In this document: piece by piece, positions 14,076-28,500 of the stretch
Layout: each line of letters starts with the position of its first letter
How positions within the stretch are numbered: position 1 is the stretch's first letter
Assembly: GCA_965235115.1 (NCBI GenBank)
Contig: OZ249436.1
Span: forward strand, 40,116,001 to 40,180,000
Source: Laetmonice hystrix
Lineage: Eukaryota
DNA: 64,000 nucleotides
Direction of reading: 5' to 3'
Notes under the pieces: model-generated
Seen by the model: the letters and a program-made list of their open reading frames with translations, nothing else
Database searches by the model: none
What the model was told of the DNA's origin: nothing
Translations under genes and position numbers: made by a program

Positions 14076-15030
14076 AAACCACGGAATGGCCTGGGAAGGT
14101 CGAACCGTGTATCCTCAAGAGGTTCGATCTATTGATGTAGAGTTGTATGCTCTTTCTTCACAATCAATACCATGACTGAAGAGTTTTGTGACTATTTGGT
14201 TGGCACAAGTGAGTGAGTGACCGACAAGTCCGGGGTCTCCCGGTCCATACGACGTGTGCCATTGAGTGTGGCGCCGCATGAATGAGTGCAGATAGATTCT
14301 TGTAGACACGCTTGATGTCACATGGATTTTTCATGGCTTGTCCCGTAGAGTTTATCAATAAATCGACTACAAACATCTCTCTCCAGTTGATGAGAAAATG
14401 GTGTTAATTTTCGATGGCATGATACTGTACGATTATATGTTAAGATATGTTAATGTCACAAACAGCGGAGAGGCTTTATAGTTCAGACTTCGCTCACTTC
14501 CTGTTCCTCTCGTGCCGAAGTCAGATAGGGTCACAGACGAAAATGTCGTCACACTCTGAAAAGTCTGCCTTGGCGTCGATCCCGTTATTGGGCCTGGGGT
14601 GATCCTATTCATCCACCCTGCCGAGGTCGGACGTGTTGGCCGAGACTTAATCATGGAGCACGATGTCCGGTATAAGAAAGAGGGTTACATCAGTCATGTA
14701 TAACTGATGTGGTCCCATGTCGTCTATTTAACGGTGAAATGTCCCATGCTGTCTACCTCATTCTTCTCCAATACAACCTGTATGGTAGAAACCACCCGAC
14801 CGATATATCTCCCTGTCCTGAGTTATTGGTTGTCTTGTTCTCGCCCTGATATAATACCTCTGACTCTAACTCTTAAAGCACCAAATGCCAGGATGACCTT
14901 AACAGTGGAATTTCTGTAGAAATCATGTGTAGCTCTATCTAGGAAAGCATGGATTCCGTCTCATCTCGGAAGATGTGTGGGAGGGTCCATTGTCCTGCTC
15001 GACCACTAAAGCTTCCATTTTTTTTAGGAA

Positions 15031-15185
15031 AGTGGCGGTGGCCGAGTGGTCATGGGGGTTGATTCCTTATGCTATGCGAATGGGTGCAGCAATCTTGGGG
15101 CCGGGGTTCAATTCCAGTAGAGGACTATACATATTTTCTCTTTCCGGACATTCTCAAAGTAACTGGATTAATTACGCCTGAGGCC
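15031..15185 (+). mobile_element. Second tRNA-derived SINE family copy
   Basis: A box tggccgagtgg, B box ggttcaattcc; homologous to 11650-11840 on the - strand. Confidence 0.65.
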
Positions 15186-15467
15186 GTGCATTTAAAAAGA
15201 AAATCACTCTCAACAATTCCCTCGTCTATACATAGTCTGCACTACATCTCTCAGACATGCCTAACTACAACGACCAATATCTTGAGTCGCTGGTGTAACG
15301 CAACTTTTGGTTCGACCGTATATTATGCGCATTTTATCTGCCAGTGCCATTTTAGCGACAGCGTGATGGCGTTTTGAGCTTTAAAGGCCCACTATATACT
15401 TTGAACCGAACGCCGTGTCGAAGAGAGTGGCGCCCTCTGTGCGGATCTGACTGTTCTTCTTAACTCG

Positions 15468-16032
15468 TGTACCTCTTGTGCTTTAATTTGGTAGTTGATC
15501 CACTCAGATGCGACCAGTAATAAAGAAATACTTAATATTTTCCAAAACCCCCTAAAATATCACTTACCCCAAGTGAGACTCAGCCTTTAATGAAACGGAC
15601 CAGTGTCATGGCTGTGGGCATGGATATCATAATCAATTCAGATCTGTGGATGTTGCTCATATACTCATAATCCTGCTTGGTGCTGCTAAAGCCTGATGCG
15701 TCCATAGTTTAGAATACACCCCAGCCACGGAGTGGCGTCTCGGCTAGTAATTCATTGACCAAGAAGGCCCTTTGCTGGGGTATAAACTGTGGACGCACCA
15801 TGCTTTAGCAGCACCAATCAGGCTTATAAGCAATTGGGAGCATCATGACCACAGCCATGACAATGGCCCAGTTCATTGCTTTTTTATTGCATCCATCATG
15901 TTTTGTTTGATTTGAAAAGACTGTGTCTCACTTGGCGCAAGTGGTATGTTAGGGGGTTTTGAAAAATGGCCAGTATTTCTCTATTATTGGTCGTATCTGA
16001 GCGAATCACCAAATTGAAGCACAAGAGTTACT
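15468..16032. mobile_element. Long imperfect foldback element (MITE-like)
   Basis: Arms pair along their length, e.g. tgtcatggctgtgg/ccacagccatgaca and ttggtgctgctaaagc/gctttagcagcaccaa; centre ~15750. Confidence 0.7.
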
Positions 16033-16692
16033 CTTACTTATATACCAATTACTACATTGTCCTGATTTTGCCAAATCTTTGATTTGTCGCCCTATTTGTG
16101 AGTGTAAAGTTTTTTTTACTCACCCATGCTCTGTGCGGAGGTACATTCCCGGTGCTGAGCACGCACACATCCCGCATAACAGCTCGTAAAATCTTTCCCT
16201 AAATAACGACTTAAAAACGATGTAGACGCTCGCCGCATGAAACACGTCGAGGTTAGAACCCCTTTGAGATGCATGTCGGATGTCTTGGGACGGCTTCGAA
16301 AGCACAGTGACGTCATCGCACGTCATGACGCGACGACAATTCTTCACGGACCATAACCGACAATTTTGGCGCGCTAACTTTTATGATCTCCCTAAATGTA
16401 AGCCAAGGCGTTTGCGGCACTGTCCCCAAAATCTGATGACGATACACTAGACCTTTAAAAGAACCTTTCGTATTGTCTACGACTTTGTGACGTGTGAATT
16501 CATATCATGCAAATCTATTCCGTAAAGTGGGCAGAACGTCTCTTCAGGGCAAGAGTTAAACTTCGCTGTTGTGAATGTCTGAATCATATTGTCTTCATCC
16601 TTTGAGTATGTATAGACGTGGGTTTGTACATGTCCGTTTGCGCACGTTGGCGCCGTTACCAAGAAAGGGCATATACAAAAGTGCACTCTCAA

Positions 16693-16765
<73 letters not shown>

Positions 16766-16887
16766 TCTCCCTCTCCCTCTCTCCCTCTCCCTCTCTCCCT
16801 CTCTCCCTCTCTCCCTCCCTCCCTCCCTCCCTCCCTCCCTCCCTCCCTCTCTCTCTCTCTCTCTGTCCCTCTCTCTCTGTCCCTCTC

Positions 16888-16926
<39 letters not shown>

Positions 16927-16951
16927 GTCTCTCTCTCTCTCTCTCTGTCTC
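16693..16951. repeat. (CT)n/(CCCT)n polypyrimidine microsatellite
   Basis: Direct reading; source of the spurious ER/LS-repeat ORFs. Confidence 0.97.
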
Positions 16952-17504
16952 TTGTCTGCTGAAGTAGGCTGCATACATGTACATAAAACCCATGTCCTGC
17001 TTGCATGTCAGTGCAGCAAAGGGGCTCCTATATCTGTTTTTCAACATGTGTAAATAAGCCCGAAATAGACATGATGCCAACATATCCCAGCACTCAATTA
17101 TCATAGACATACCTTCGCAAACGAAAGGGGACAATCTTTGGCGGCGAGCGGAAGTCTTGGCAGAATACCTGCCGTCGCGCAAACAACGCCGCTCCAGACA
17201 TTATACTCTATACCATCAAGGTTCCACACCTGGGGACGGCCCATTCAAACAAAATAGTACATTGATGAAAAAACATGCAGTTTCTTTACGTTCCTTCAAA
17301 CTGAGCGCTAATTGAAGACTAGACGCATAAACGCCTACCTGGGACCTATCAACTGCGACACCTTGGCCCGATAGTATACTGATTCGTTTGTTTGTGAAAG
17401 TAACCACAAAGCATGGTTATATTCATTCCTCAACCTCATCTCAATATTACTACACTTTTGCCAATCATTTACATTTCTTGGGAACCTCAGACTGCTGATG
17501 TGAT

Positions 17505-17605
17505 GTCAGATACTTGCTGTAAAATCGGTGTTTTCCCCCGGGTACTCCAGCTTCCTCCACTGGTCACGTTGACCTATTAAACATTACCCTGGCTGTTGCG
17601 GAGGG
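17505..17605 (+). mobile_element. Diverged fragment of a V-like SINE
   Basis: gtcag...ttttcccccgggtactccagcttcctccac...accctggctgttgc matches the core and 3' part of the 28196 SINE. Confidence 0.6.
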
Positions 17606-19284
17606 GCACCCCCCCCCCTCCCTCCAATCCAATGCTACCTCCTTTGCTTGCAAAATTTTAACATTTCTTTCAGCATTATCTTCTCTTGGATAATAAGAAA
17701 ACACATGCATGAAGACCTAGTCTAGACCACATGCATTGCGGTATAAGTCCTAAGACATTTCAATTCAACGATTCAATACTTTGACATTAGCTGCAGTAAT
17801 TAACGGGTGCTATGATGAGTTTCCCTTTTTGGTTTACTTTTGCACCCTGAGCAAGGGTGAACTGAGCTGAGGGAGGGGAGGCTGAGCAATGACATTTCGG
17901 ATATGTGAAAAACATGCTCAGCACATCTCAAATCATGGTAAGCGGGGTAAACCAAAAAACTGGGCCCTTGCCTTGGTCTGGTTTCGGCCCGGGAATTACA
18001 CATGATTCGCACGAAGAAGAGGGGGGCGGCTAATTCTTTAGGTCCTTCTCTTTATACGTAAAATGGTGCTCGGATCTCAAGGTGCTGAAAATGTTCTAGA
18101 AAACATCCCTGCGCACTGTTTAGGTGGAGTATTCACTATAGAAGTTTTGCTAAATGTTTCTATATTAGTACAATATCCAAATCACCACACTGGCGTGTAA
18201 CACCTCATACACTTGCAGATTAAAGCAAAACATGATTTCACCACAAAATAAATTCTTTGTCTGTTGACTTTGTGCCTTGTGGCCTCGCTAGTCCAAACAC
18301 CAAACCCACCGCAATTACCACTACCCGTGTGCTGACGACTAATGAGGGGCTTACTTTCAACCTGTTGACCTGTAGCCTGACCGCGGTAGCACCAACAAAC
18401 CGCCCAGAGGTCATGATCTATTACTCTTTTTGTTTAGTTAGGATTGCTAAAGGTGATCACAACTGAGTTCGAACATTGACCGACACTCCAGGTCAAAGGG
18501 GTCTTCATAATGACGAACTATTTATTTTCCGATGACTTTTCTTTCTGTAATTTTTCTTGTTTATAAAAATATAATAATAAATTATTGATGGCATTTTTGT
18601 ACAAATGTGGACATACTATAGAACCCAATTAAGGCGAGTATAGGGTGACGATCCCTAATGTTGAAGCTTTGAATCTTGACCCTTGATATTTTCCGAAAGC
18701 CCTGTGGACTTAACTGGAAAGGTAGCTGTTCCAACCACCAACCCGTACCCTAGCCCCTTATTTCTATATGACCCTGTTTTTCTTAAAAGTTACAAATATC
18801 TAAGCGTCACCAATCTTACCGGACATGGACCCCTACTGGTTTAAATGCGAAAACCTCCGGTTGACTATAATGGAGGGGAAATAGAATAGATTATAGGGTC
18901 TTGCCCTTCAAGATGCGGTTTCTTTATTTTTTCTTTACCCAATTTATTGGGTTTCTTCTATGAAATACCTACCTATTTTATGTTGTGGTGTTGTAAAAAA
19001 AACATTTGATTGAGGTTGTTTGTTTTATATAGCTTTTTGATCAAGAATATTTGCACAGGCCATGTAACCATGCTTGCTTCTTTATTAATACAAAGGTATT
19101 TGTATTTGTGAATAAAGAACCTGATTGTTATGGTAACTAATAAATTCAGCTTCCCGGTGATTCGGAATCCTCAAAGTTGAGGATACGAATCGAACGGGGC
19201 ACGAGGCCGCTGTCCCTCGACTGGCTGCTGGCCCCTTTATTATAACCCTCGCAAGGTATAAGGATGGTCGACAGAGCCGAACAC

Positions 19285-19333
19285 ATTGGCCTATATAAGG
19301 GGGTGCGCGCACCTCCACCGTTCAGAACCGGTT
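19285..19333 (+). promoter_or_regulatory. Putative Pol II core promoter of the VWA-collagen gene (TATA box, Inr, Grainyhead-type palindrome)
   Basis: TATATAA at 19292-19298; Inr-like TCAGA with A at 19324 (~31 nt downstream); AACCGGTT at 19326-19333; locally GC/CpG-rich; ATG in gcaATGG context 190 nt downstream. Confidence 0.55.
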
Positions 19334-19513
19334 TCGAAGTGAAGCAGTGCAGGCCTTCCCGGGCGCTCAGGCTTCATCGCGCCGGTTTTCAACTAGAAGA
19401 CGTTCCGACCGCCAGAGAATGGCGCACTGAGTGGATTTCTTTTTTTTTTTATCACAACCTTACAGGACGATCACTTCCGTTATACTCTGGAGGAAAGGAA
19501 AAATCCGGGAGCA

Positions 19514-19549
19514 ATGGGAGGGCATCGACTTCTACGGAGCCAGCTTAAG
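19514..19549 (+). CDS. Putative exon 1 coding part ([12 protein letters not shown]), n-region of signal peptide
   Basis: ATG 19514, donor AAG|GTAGGC at 19549/19550, phase 0; joins in frame to the exon at 36822 to give a complete signal peptide. Confidence 0.6.
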
Positions 19550-22500
19550 GTAGGCATGACAAAACTAATAGTACCTTATAATCATGAGCAGCTACTTTAG
19601 ACGTGCATGGTCAGTCAGCCTCAAAACATGCAAGCTATGATGTTTCAATGCGCTAAATGAATTGGATCACAGATTACAGAGAGATGGCATGTTGTCCCGG
19701 GGCTAATCTAACCCAGAGGGCACATGGTTTCCTGCATTTAATTAAAGTTCCTAGGGGAATTCTATTTCGTTTGTAAACACATGGGCATCGTGTATTTAGA
19801 CCTTTATTACATGAACACGTGATCAATTAGATTAGAAGGATCTGATGTTTAAAATGTTTTTTTTTAGATTATAGGTCTAAGGCTCGTAATATTATTTTTT
19901 TTTTTTCAATATTATAATTTTGTTTGATTCTGCGGTAAAATATGTGTGCAACTTTGACAACAATCTAAACGTATCGGTAACTGCCTGTTACTGCAGACTA
20001 TTATACTCTATGCATATACATTGTATGTACACATCTATATACAAAATGTATCCAAGGTAGAACAACCGTCTACTGATCGCAAGTCAGTTCTGGAAAGTTC
20101 CGCTCTAGTTGTTACAGCGTACTCGCATTATAACCGATATCGTGATTGTACTGGCCACACTTGAGAGACTCACTATACGATGCTTGCACTTCCTGATCTC
20201 CTCGCGAGTGAGCGCACCTTCACGGATAACACATTAATCAGTAGGCTTCCATGAACCCTGCCTCGACCACATTGATCACTAGGGCCTAGGCTTCTGTGAA
20301 CCCTGCCTCGACCACATTGATCACTAGGGCCTAGGCTTCTGTGAACCCTACCTCGACCACATTGATCAGTAGGCTTCCATGAACCCTGCCTCGACCACAT
20401 TGATCACTAGGGCCTAGGCTTCTGTGAACCCTGCCTCGACCACATTGATTACTAGGGCCTAGGCTTCTGTGAACCCTGCCTCGACCACACATTGATCAGT
20501 AGGGCCTAGGCTTCTGTGAACCCTGCCTCGACCACATTGATCAGTAGGCTTCCGTGAACCCTGCCTCGACCACACATTGATCAGTGGGCTTCCATGAACC
20601 ATGCCTCGACCACATTGATCACTAGGGCCTAGGCTTCTGTGAACCCTGCCTCGACCACATTTATCAGTAGGCTTCCATGAACCCTGCCTCTATCACATTG
20701 ATCAGTAGGCTTCCATGAACCCTGCCTCGACCACATTGACCAGTAGGCTTCCATGAACCCTACTTCGACCACATTGATCAGTAGGCTTCCATGAACCCTA
20801 GCTCGACCACATTGATCAGTAGGTTTCCATGAACCCTACTTCGTCCACATTGATCAGTAGGCTTCCATGAACCATGCCTCGACCACATTGACCAGTAGGT
20901 TTCCATGAACCCTGCCTCGACCACATTGATCAGTAGGCTTCCATGAACCCTACTTCGACCACATTGATCAGTAGGCTTCCATGAGCCCTACCTCGACCAC
21001 ATTGATCAGTAGGCTTCCATAAAGAGTACCTCGACCACATTGATCAGTAGGCTTCCATGAACCCTGCCTCGACCACATTGTTCAGTAGGCTTTCATGACC
21101 TGCCTTGACCACATTGTTCAGTAGGCTTCCATGAACCCTGCCTTGACCACATTGATCAGTAGGCTTCCATGAACCCTACCTCGAACACACTGATCAGTGG
21201 GCTTCCATGAACCCTACCTCATATGACCTTATATAACCACCGGGTTGTTGGCTAAATTATTTTTCAATACAATGGAAAATGTCCGATTTTGCCCGCGAAT
21301 TTTACAAAGAAATACACCCATAAGTAATTATTGACAGCATTGTATGGGCCCATATAGGCGTACGGTACTGTTACGATATTCAGTATCCGTGATTCCTTGC
21401 CATATGGGCGTACGGTACTGTTACAATATTCTGTATCCGTGATTCCTTGCCATATGGGCGTACGGTACTGTTACGATATTCAGTATCCGTGATTCCTTGC
21501 CATATGGGCGTACGGTACTGTTACAATATTCTGTATCCGTGATTCCTTGCCATATGGGCGTACGGTACTGTTACGATATTCAGTATCCGTGATTCCTTGC
21601 CATATGGGCGTACGGTACTGTTACAATATTCTGTATCCGTGATTCCTTGCCATATGGGCGTACGGTACTGTTACGATATTCAGTATCCGTGATTCCTTGC
21701 CATATGGGCGTACGGTACTGTTACAATGTTCAGGCACTATATAACCGATTCCTTGCCATATATGGGCGTACGGTACTGTTACGACTTTCACTATAACTGA
21801 TTTCTTGCCATATGGGCGTACGGTACTGATCTGATATTAAGTATCCGCGGTTCCTTGCCATATGGGCGTACGGTACTGTTACAATGTTAATGTACTATGA
21901 CCGATTCCTTGCCATATATGGGCGTACGGTACTGTTACAACTTTCACTATAACTGATTCCTTGCCATATGCGCGTACGGTACTGTTACAACTTTCAATAT
22001 AACTGATTCCTTGCCATATGGGCGCACGGTACTGTTACGATGTTCACTATAACTGGTATAAAGGGCCTTGTCCACTGGATTTGCTTGCGGGCGGCTCTCT
22101 TGCGATGCGATTATTTTGCCGCAGACAGTTACGTTTGATCACGTGAACGTCACATGCTCATAAGTCCATCCGCCATCATGGAGAAACGCGACAAACTCGT
22201 GGTGGTAACCGCTGCAGCTGCTCTTGCTGCCTGCATAGTCGCACGACGACGTTAATCGAAAATCGATTTTTTTTGCTTGCGGCCGTCGCAAATGAATGCG
22301 GTAATATCAAAACTTTCTGATATTGCCGCAAGCCACCGCACATCTCTGCGTCTACGCAACACACCACCGCTGCGACGATGCGAATGCCTTGTCCACTGAC
22401 TGCGTTGCGTCTGGGAGACGCATAGGCTCTGCGACTGCCGCATCGCCAGGAAAATCGCACGGCCGCAAGCTCAGTGGACAAGGCCCTTAAGTGGTTTAAG

Positions 22501-25500
22501 CATACTCTGCAACCACTGCGGATAGTGCATCGGATGGAGTAGTGCTTTGTTGGCCTTATACTAGGCCCCCCTATATGTCTTAACTTCACCAGCGTTTTGC
22601 CCCCACCAAGCAGATCTATGTTTCTAGAATACACAGGTACTTCTAGTCACACACGGTAAATCTTGCTCACAGTAATCAGCGCAGTGCATTTATTTGCTCC
22701 CCGTCGACAGTGTGACCGAGTTTTTCCAAGACCCTCTGGGAAATATGCCCTTCCTATTGAGCTACCTGATCACCCTTAGCTACCCCAGCCACCCCCAGCC
22801 ACCACCCACACCCCACACCCCCACCCCATCAAGCCGATTTTTTAGATGACACACATGTCAATAACCTCTCAGAATAGACCCCCAGCGAGAAGTAGGCTCA
22901 CGTTTCGGCATAACCCCTTATCGAACCTTGCTCAACACAAATAATAAGAGGAGGGCACATTTTATTTGGTTGCTGTCCACGCCGTGGCCGAGTTTTGGGT
23001 GAATGGCAGAAAGCCCTCTCGTATAGACATGTCCTGTGGACTGTGCTACCTGACCAGCGGATCACCCCTACTGTTTGCTCTGTCAGGACGGACGTGCACG
23101 GGCCCCCTTCCGATATGTGCCCCGATTAAAGAGACCACGGTCGACAAGGCCGTCGGGATTTCTCGACAGAGCAAACGTTCCCCGTTCTTGTTCTATATAT
23201 GTGTGCACGCAAAGGTGGCACCTGCCCGACGAACTTTATTTGTCCGGCGGTGTCTGTGGCGCATGTCTGTGGACTCGTACCACACGCCACAGCCCACACA
23301 ATCGACGGGTGTTCTCAAAGAACACCAAACCACAAAACCAGGCAGGACGGTGTGACATGCGATGTGGTTGCCAATATGCGACTACTTTCATTTAAAAATG
23401 AGATACAAATTTTAAATTTAGTTTTTGCTTTCTATAATAAGAGATTGACCGATAAAACATAGAACACGCCAGTATACGTTATCTCATCAGGAAGAAAGTT
23501 TGGCGGACATATCGGTGACCTTGGCTGTGGGCCTACTGGAGGTGATGGCACCGTGCCGGAGGGGGATGTCTATACCTCATTCAGCTATTACTTACTTCTT
23601 TAGATGGTTATATCTGTGAAGGCCCCATGCCAGAACTTTCTGAGGCTTTATTTCTTCCCGAGGGATTGGTAATGGCTGGGAAACTGGGCAACCCAGTGGA
23701 CTGTGTACCTGCAACATGCTATTTCAACGAATTACCTTTAGGAAAGAACCTGCGTTATGGGATAACTTGGTGGGGAAAATGTCTGTCGTAAACGATATTA
23801 CATTCCAAAATATTGGACATGATGTTCCCCTCCTACCACACCTCAATATAGTTTTCTCCAATTTGCTCAGCATTCTAGCTATATTATGTCCAAATATGAA
23901 ATATAAACACATGAAGTAAATGCTGGTGACATAGATCTATAAGGAACTACTCCAAGTGGGGCGAAGCGGTGTAGGAAGTCTTGGCCTTAATCTTGGTCAG
24001 CAAACAATACGTATAGGGGCCGCATGGCCTTCTATAAACAAATAACTGCACTCAGAAAGGAATTTGCTTCAGCAACAGAGCAACATAGGCCAGAGTCAAG
24101 CAGCACAGAAAGTTGTCAATGTTTTCCCAGTATTGTGAAAGGCATCGAAAGGATTTCGACTGTGGTGATCACATCAGTAACATAGTATATGGAAATGAGT
24201 GGCGCATTCCAACCGTGAACAAATTATATGACATGCGCTTTCAAGTGCGGCGACATATATTTCTCTGACCTCACAGCTTCCAACATCCCACACCGTTCAT
24301 TCTATGCATGTTCCTGACCATTTTCCGAAAGTTTTGTTAGTTTTCTTTCCGATTTTTTTCCAATGAGTTAGTAATCAATGTTTAGTGTATGGGGTGACGA
24401 GCCTTCTGACCAAGAAATGATCACTGATGTCCTCCTTACAAAGCAACAACCGCTATGGGCCCTACTCTGGTCTGTGCACTCCCACCCATCATGTCTCTTC
24501 GCCATGTTACTAAAGGTACCAAAACATCGACGTTATACTGAAAGTATAGCGCAACGGCCAACTATCAGAATCTAGTACTGTCTGCCAGTCGTCACCCAGA
24601 GATAATGTGATGGAGGGCCCGGTGAACTGAATTTTGGGTTTTCAAATATAATCAATAATATAATGAATGCACTGCCATACATCTGTGGGGTCACTGTAGG
24701 TGTTCTCTCCTCTCCAAAGCCTATAATGAAGGTAGCAAGTATTTTGGGAGTAACATTGGTTGGCATAAGCCTATATATATTGCATTTATATGGCTTTTAT
24801 CGACCCAGTCTTGCCCGGGTATAAACTACTCGGCTAAGAACCCACACACCAATTCACAAAGTAGTAAACAGCATTGACTGCAGTGGTATACTCCATCATA
24901 AAATTATCACTTCGCTGCACACCTATAGGCCTATAGGTATATCTGATCTATACGTAGCAATGGGCGGATCCAGGTTTGCGCCAAGGGGAGGGGGTGTGGG
25001 TGCCGAGAGGGGTGTTGTGAGTGCCAAGGGGGTGTATGTTTGAACCTTTCAAGCAGAAAAATACTTTGTAAGGGGGGTTGCAACCCCTGTGCCCCCTAGA
25101 TCTGCCACTGCATGGCAGGTAACTTGGGTGTGGTTGGTGAACGTCTTCCTTGAGTAGGATAAATCAGGGCAAACGTGGGATCTTTGTTTGGCGCTATACG
25201 CTTCCTGTGAACATACCAGACGACCATCTCCTATAGTTTACTTTAGACTTAATGGTCTGGTTTTAACTTGACGTCCATGGCCTCTAAGTAAGCAGCTTGC
25301 GGTTCGTTTCACTAGAACCAGAGAAGTTAGATGAAAAAGTCAGGTTGTTAGTGTCATGAGGCGCAAGGTGTCGACTGGTGCCGCTGTATGGTACCGTATA
25401 CCAACCTTACGTCCTGTTCCTCTACAGGGACAAGACCAAGGCCAAAATTGCAGTATCAAAATAGCATGGCACTGGATCTAATGCTCGACACTACAGAACT

Positions 25501-28500
25501 TAAAAAAATATTGTATTCTGCATACATTTATCTACGTATTTGTTAATGTAAACATGCATTATATTCTGATATGGAGTTTTTGCGCCTTCTGTAAAATTTA
25601 TTAAGTTCATTTTCCTATAGGCTAGTTTACTTGATATTCCACTTTCGCATACGAGAGTAGTAAACTTTTTGGATTCGTCCTACTAACCCCAACGCTTCCC
25701 GGAGGCGTATACCGACCAAAATATCGTTTTATGGTTCTGTCAGGCGTATCCATGGGCATCGATGACCCGGGAAGGGTAAAGTAAAAAGCGGAACGGCAGG
25801 AGTGACTTGCAAACGCTATATCGACCTAATACCTGACATCCACGGGACAACACCCATGGCTAACTCAAGAGTAGCAGCATATGTCCCCATTTTACCCCGT
25901 TTTAAAACTATCACGTCAATTCGCAAAAAAAAAGATGACCTTATCCATATCGTGACCATGAATCGGGGGTTCCAATTATTACGATCGTGGTGAGGTATCT
26001 CAGATGAATAGGTTCATGATAATGATTTATTCGTCACTTGTTTCTGTAACTGAGCTATTCCGGGTCGAATGCAAGGTCATGTTAGGAGGAAGAAAGTTTG
26101 CAGTTGGTGTGTTGAGCTCCATATCTTTTACTTATTGTCGAGGAAGAATAAACAGCTATTCCTTGGGTTACAGCTAATATATTCTAGACTGATTTACGTG
26201 TTTTTCCTTTCAAGAAGGAACAAAATTATAAGCATGGGTGCATATCTAGGCAACCCCTCAAAACAAGTTTGGAAACTTGTTGTCAGTCACATATTATATC
26301 TCAGTTATTTGTGACCTGGTTATATCATATCATAATATCAATGGAAAGCTCATTAATTCTTCACAACGCCACCAGACGTTAATAATCACTTGTATCAGGG
26401 CTCAGTAAATCTGCTGCGAATGCGGTGGGGTATAAAAAATGTGCCAAATTTGCCATTATCATTCTGTGGTCAACAGAACAACTAACCCTATCTGTAACAA
26501 ACACCTCTCACAGCAGAGTTACTCAGCCCTGATACAAGTGATCAGTAACATCTGATGTCGTTGTGGAGAAGAATGAATGAGCTTTCCATTGATATATGAC
26601 ATGATATAACTATTAGGTCACACATAAATCAGGTATAAGTGACTGACAACAAGTTTCCAACCTTTTTTTGGAGGGATTTATATTCAATATCCCAGTCACG
26701 CTGCAAGCATCTCATCAGCTGACAACTAGGTGCAGTCTAATGGTTACGCCTCGTTTCTCCTAGGTCCTACTGACCTACATCCTGGGTACTTACCTATACA
26801 TACTGACACATAGACCCATTGCACAGGGTAAATCTGTGTCAACACTAGCAATGCACTCTAATCAATCAACGTACATTTTCCTCAACTGATTTGGTATAAG
26901 AATCTTTAAAACAATTCAATCAGTGATATTTGTTGCATAGTTCTGTGACTTAGATGTAGGCTTCTTTTCAATAAGTCACTGTACAGTAACATATCGTTTC
27001 AACCCAAGAGATATCTAAGTAACAGACGGCTACGGTGACGCGTGGGCGTGGCCGTTTAAATAATCTATTCCAAAACAAACTTAAAGAACACCCACCCCCA
27101 CCCCTCAGCTTATGGAGTCACAGAAAGAAATAAAGAGAAAAAACAGTCGGTCAGTAACCATGAAGAATAAATATATACGGGATTTCCACCCATATAGGCC
27201 TATATGCACGGAGGGTGTCAGAGTGTGCCTACTCACTGTACTGACGATCGCCACTTTAGGGCTAATAAAAACGTGTAGAAACATAGGCTACTCACTGCAT
27301 ACTCATCTGTAAGGCAAGGCAGCCTAGCTATCGCCACAGACTGTAGTGATCATTTCTATGCCTTGTGGGAGTCTATACACGTAGATTCACGGGGATGTCT
27401 GCAAGTGGAAAGTGTGGACGGGAATCTTAAAAGGCTTTCCTCGACTCTGTCCCCCGGCGATAAAGTGATATACGCATCACAATGACAGAATGAAACCGTC
27501 TGCAGACTTTGCGAGTCTCTTGTAATCATCTGGCCTACATCTTCTACACTGAGAGAAAATTGTGGGGAATAAAAGACTACGCGTTTCTCTGTGGTGTCAT
27601 GATGTTCAACGATTCATTTTCTGTATCGCTAGAAAAAAAATCATAGTTCATGAAGTGATTTTATTTTAATTGTCTTCTTCTCACGGCTTCCTCCCTCAAG
27701 AGTGGATCGGTATGCTGTCGTCGCATCGGGATTTGTTTGTATATTGGACTCGGACTCATAACTTTCTTTCCTCGTCCATTTCTGTCTTCATTTTTGGAAG
27801 TCCATTGGGGGGGGGGGGCAGTCCCTGAAACCCCACAGAACTTATATCAGTTACTCCATTTTATACTGTTTACCGTCATGACACTCTTTACGTGCCAGCT
27901 CCAGATGACACGAACATGATATAGCAGGTTCCACTGATGAGGTAGTGGGCTCTTTAAATATCCTCACTACCAACTATATCTTTAGCAAACTTGTACCTGT
28001 CGCGCATGGGCGGAATCAGGATTTTTAAGGGGAGCTAACCATCGGGCAAAAACATTATTAGGGCTGGGCCTAAAATATATGATAAATATAATCATAATTG
28101 GATGATAAAAATAACATGGTCCAAAATCTAGGAGGGGGAGCCCCCTTAGCCCCCCCTAGCCCCCGGATCCGCCAGTGTGGACGCGTTCTTCACTTGGGGG
28201 CCTCGGGTAGCCGAGTGGTCTAAGGTGTTGGCTCATGACACCTTGGACCATCGCCTCACACCACTGCGGTCCTTTCGATCTCCGGCCTGGGCTGCATGTG
28301 TGAAAGGTTTGTCAGTCAGTTCCTTTCCGAAGGTCGGTGGTTTCCTCCGGGCACGCCGGTTTCCTCCACCAAGAGAAACTGACTTTCATCATCGTCTTCA
28401 CCGCCGTGATATGACCCTGGCTGTTGCAAGGGGTAAACCCCCAAATACCCACCCACCCACGTTCTTCATTTTATTAGCTATCTACGCGGGGACACAGGGA

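Noticed and set aside
16477..17182. ER- and LS-repeat ORFs
   Set aside because: Translations of a (CT)n microsatellite.
28196..28285. tRNA gene
   Set aside because: A and B boxes are present but there is no cloverleaf; it continues into a SINE core and tail with a TSD.
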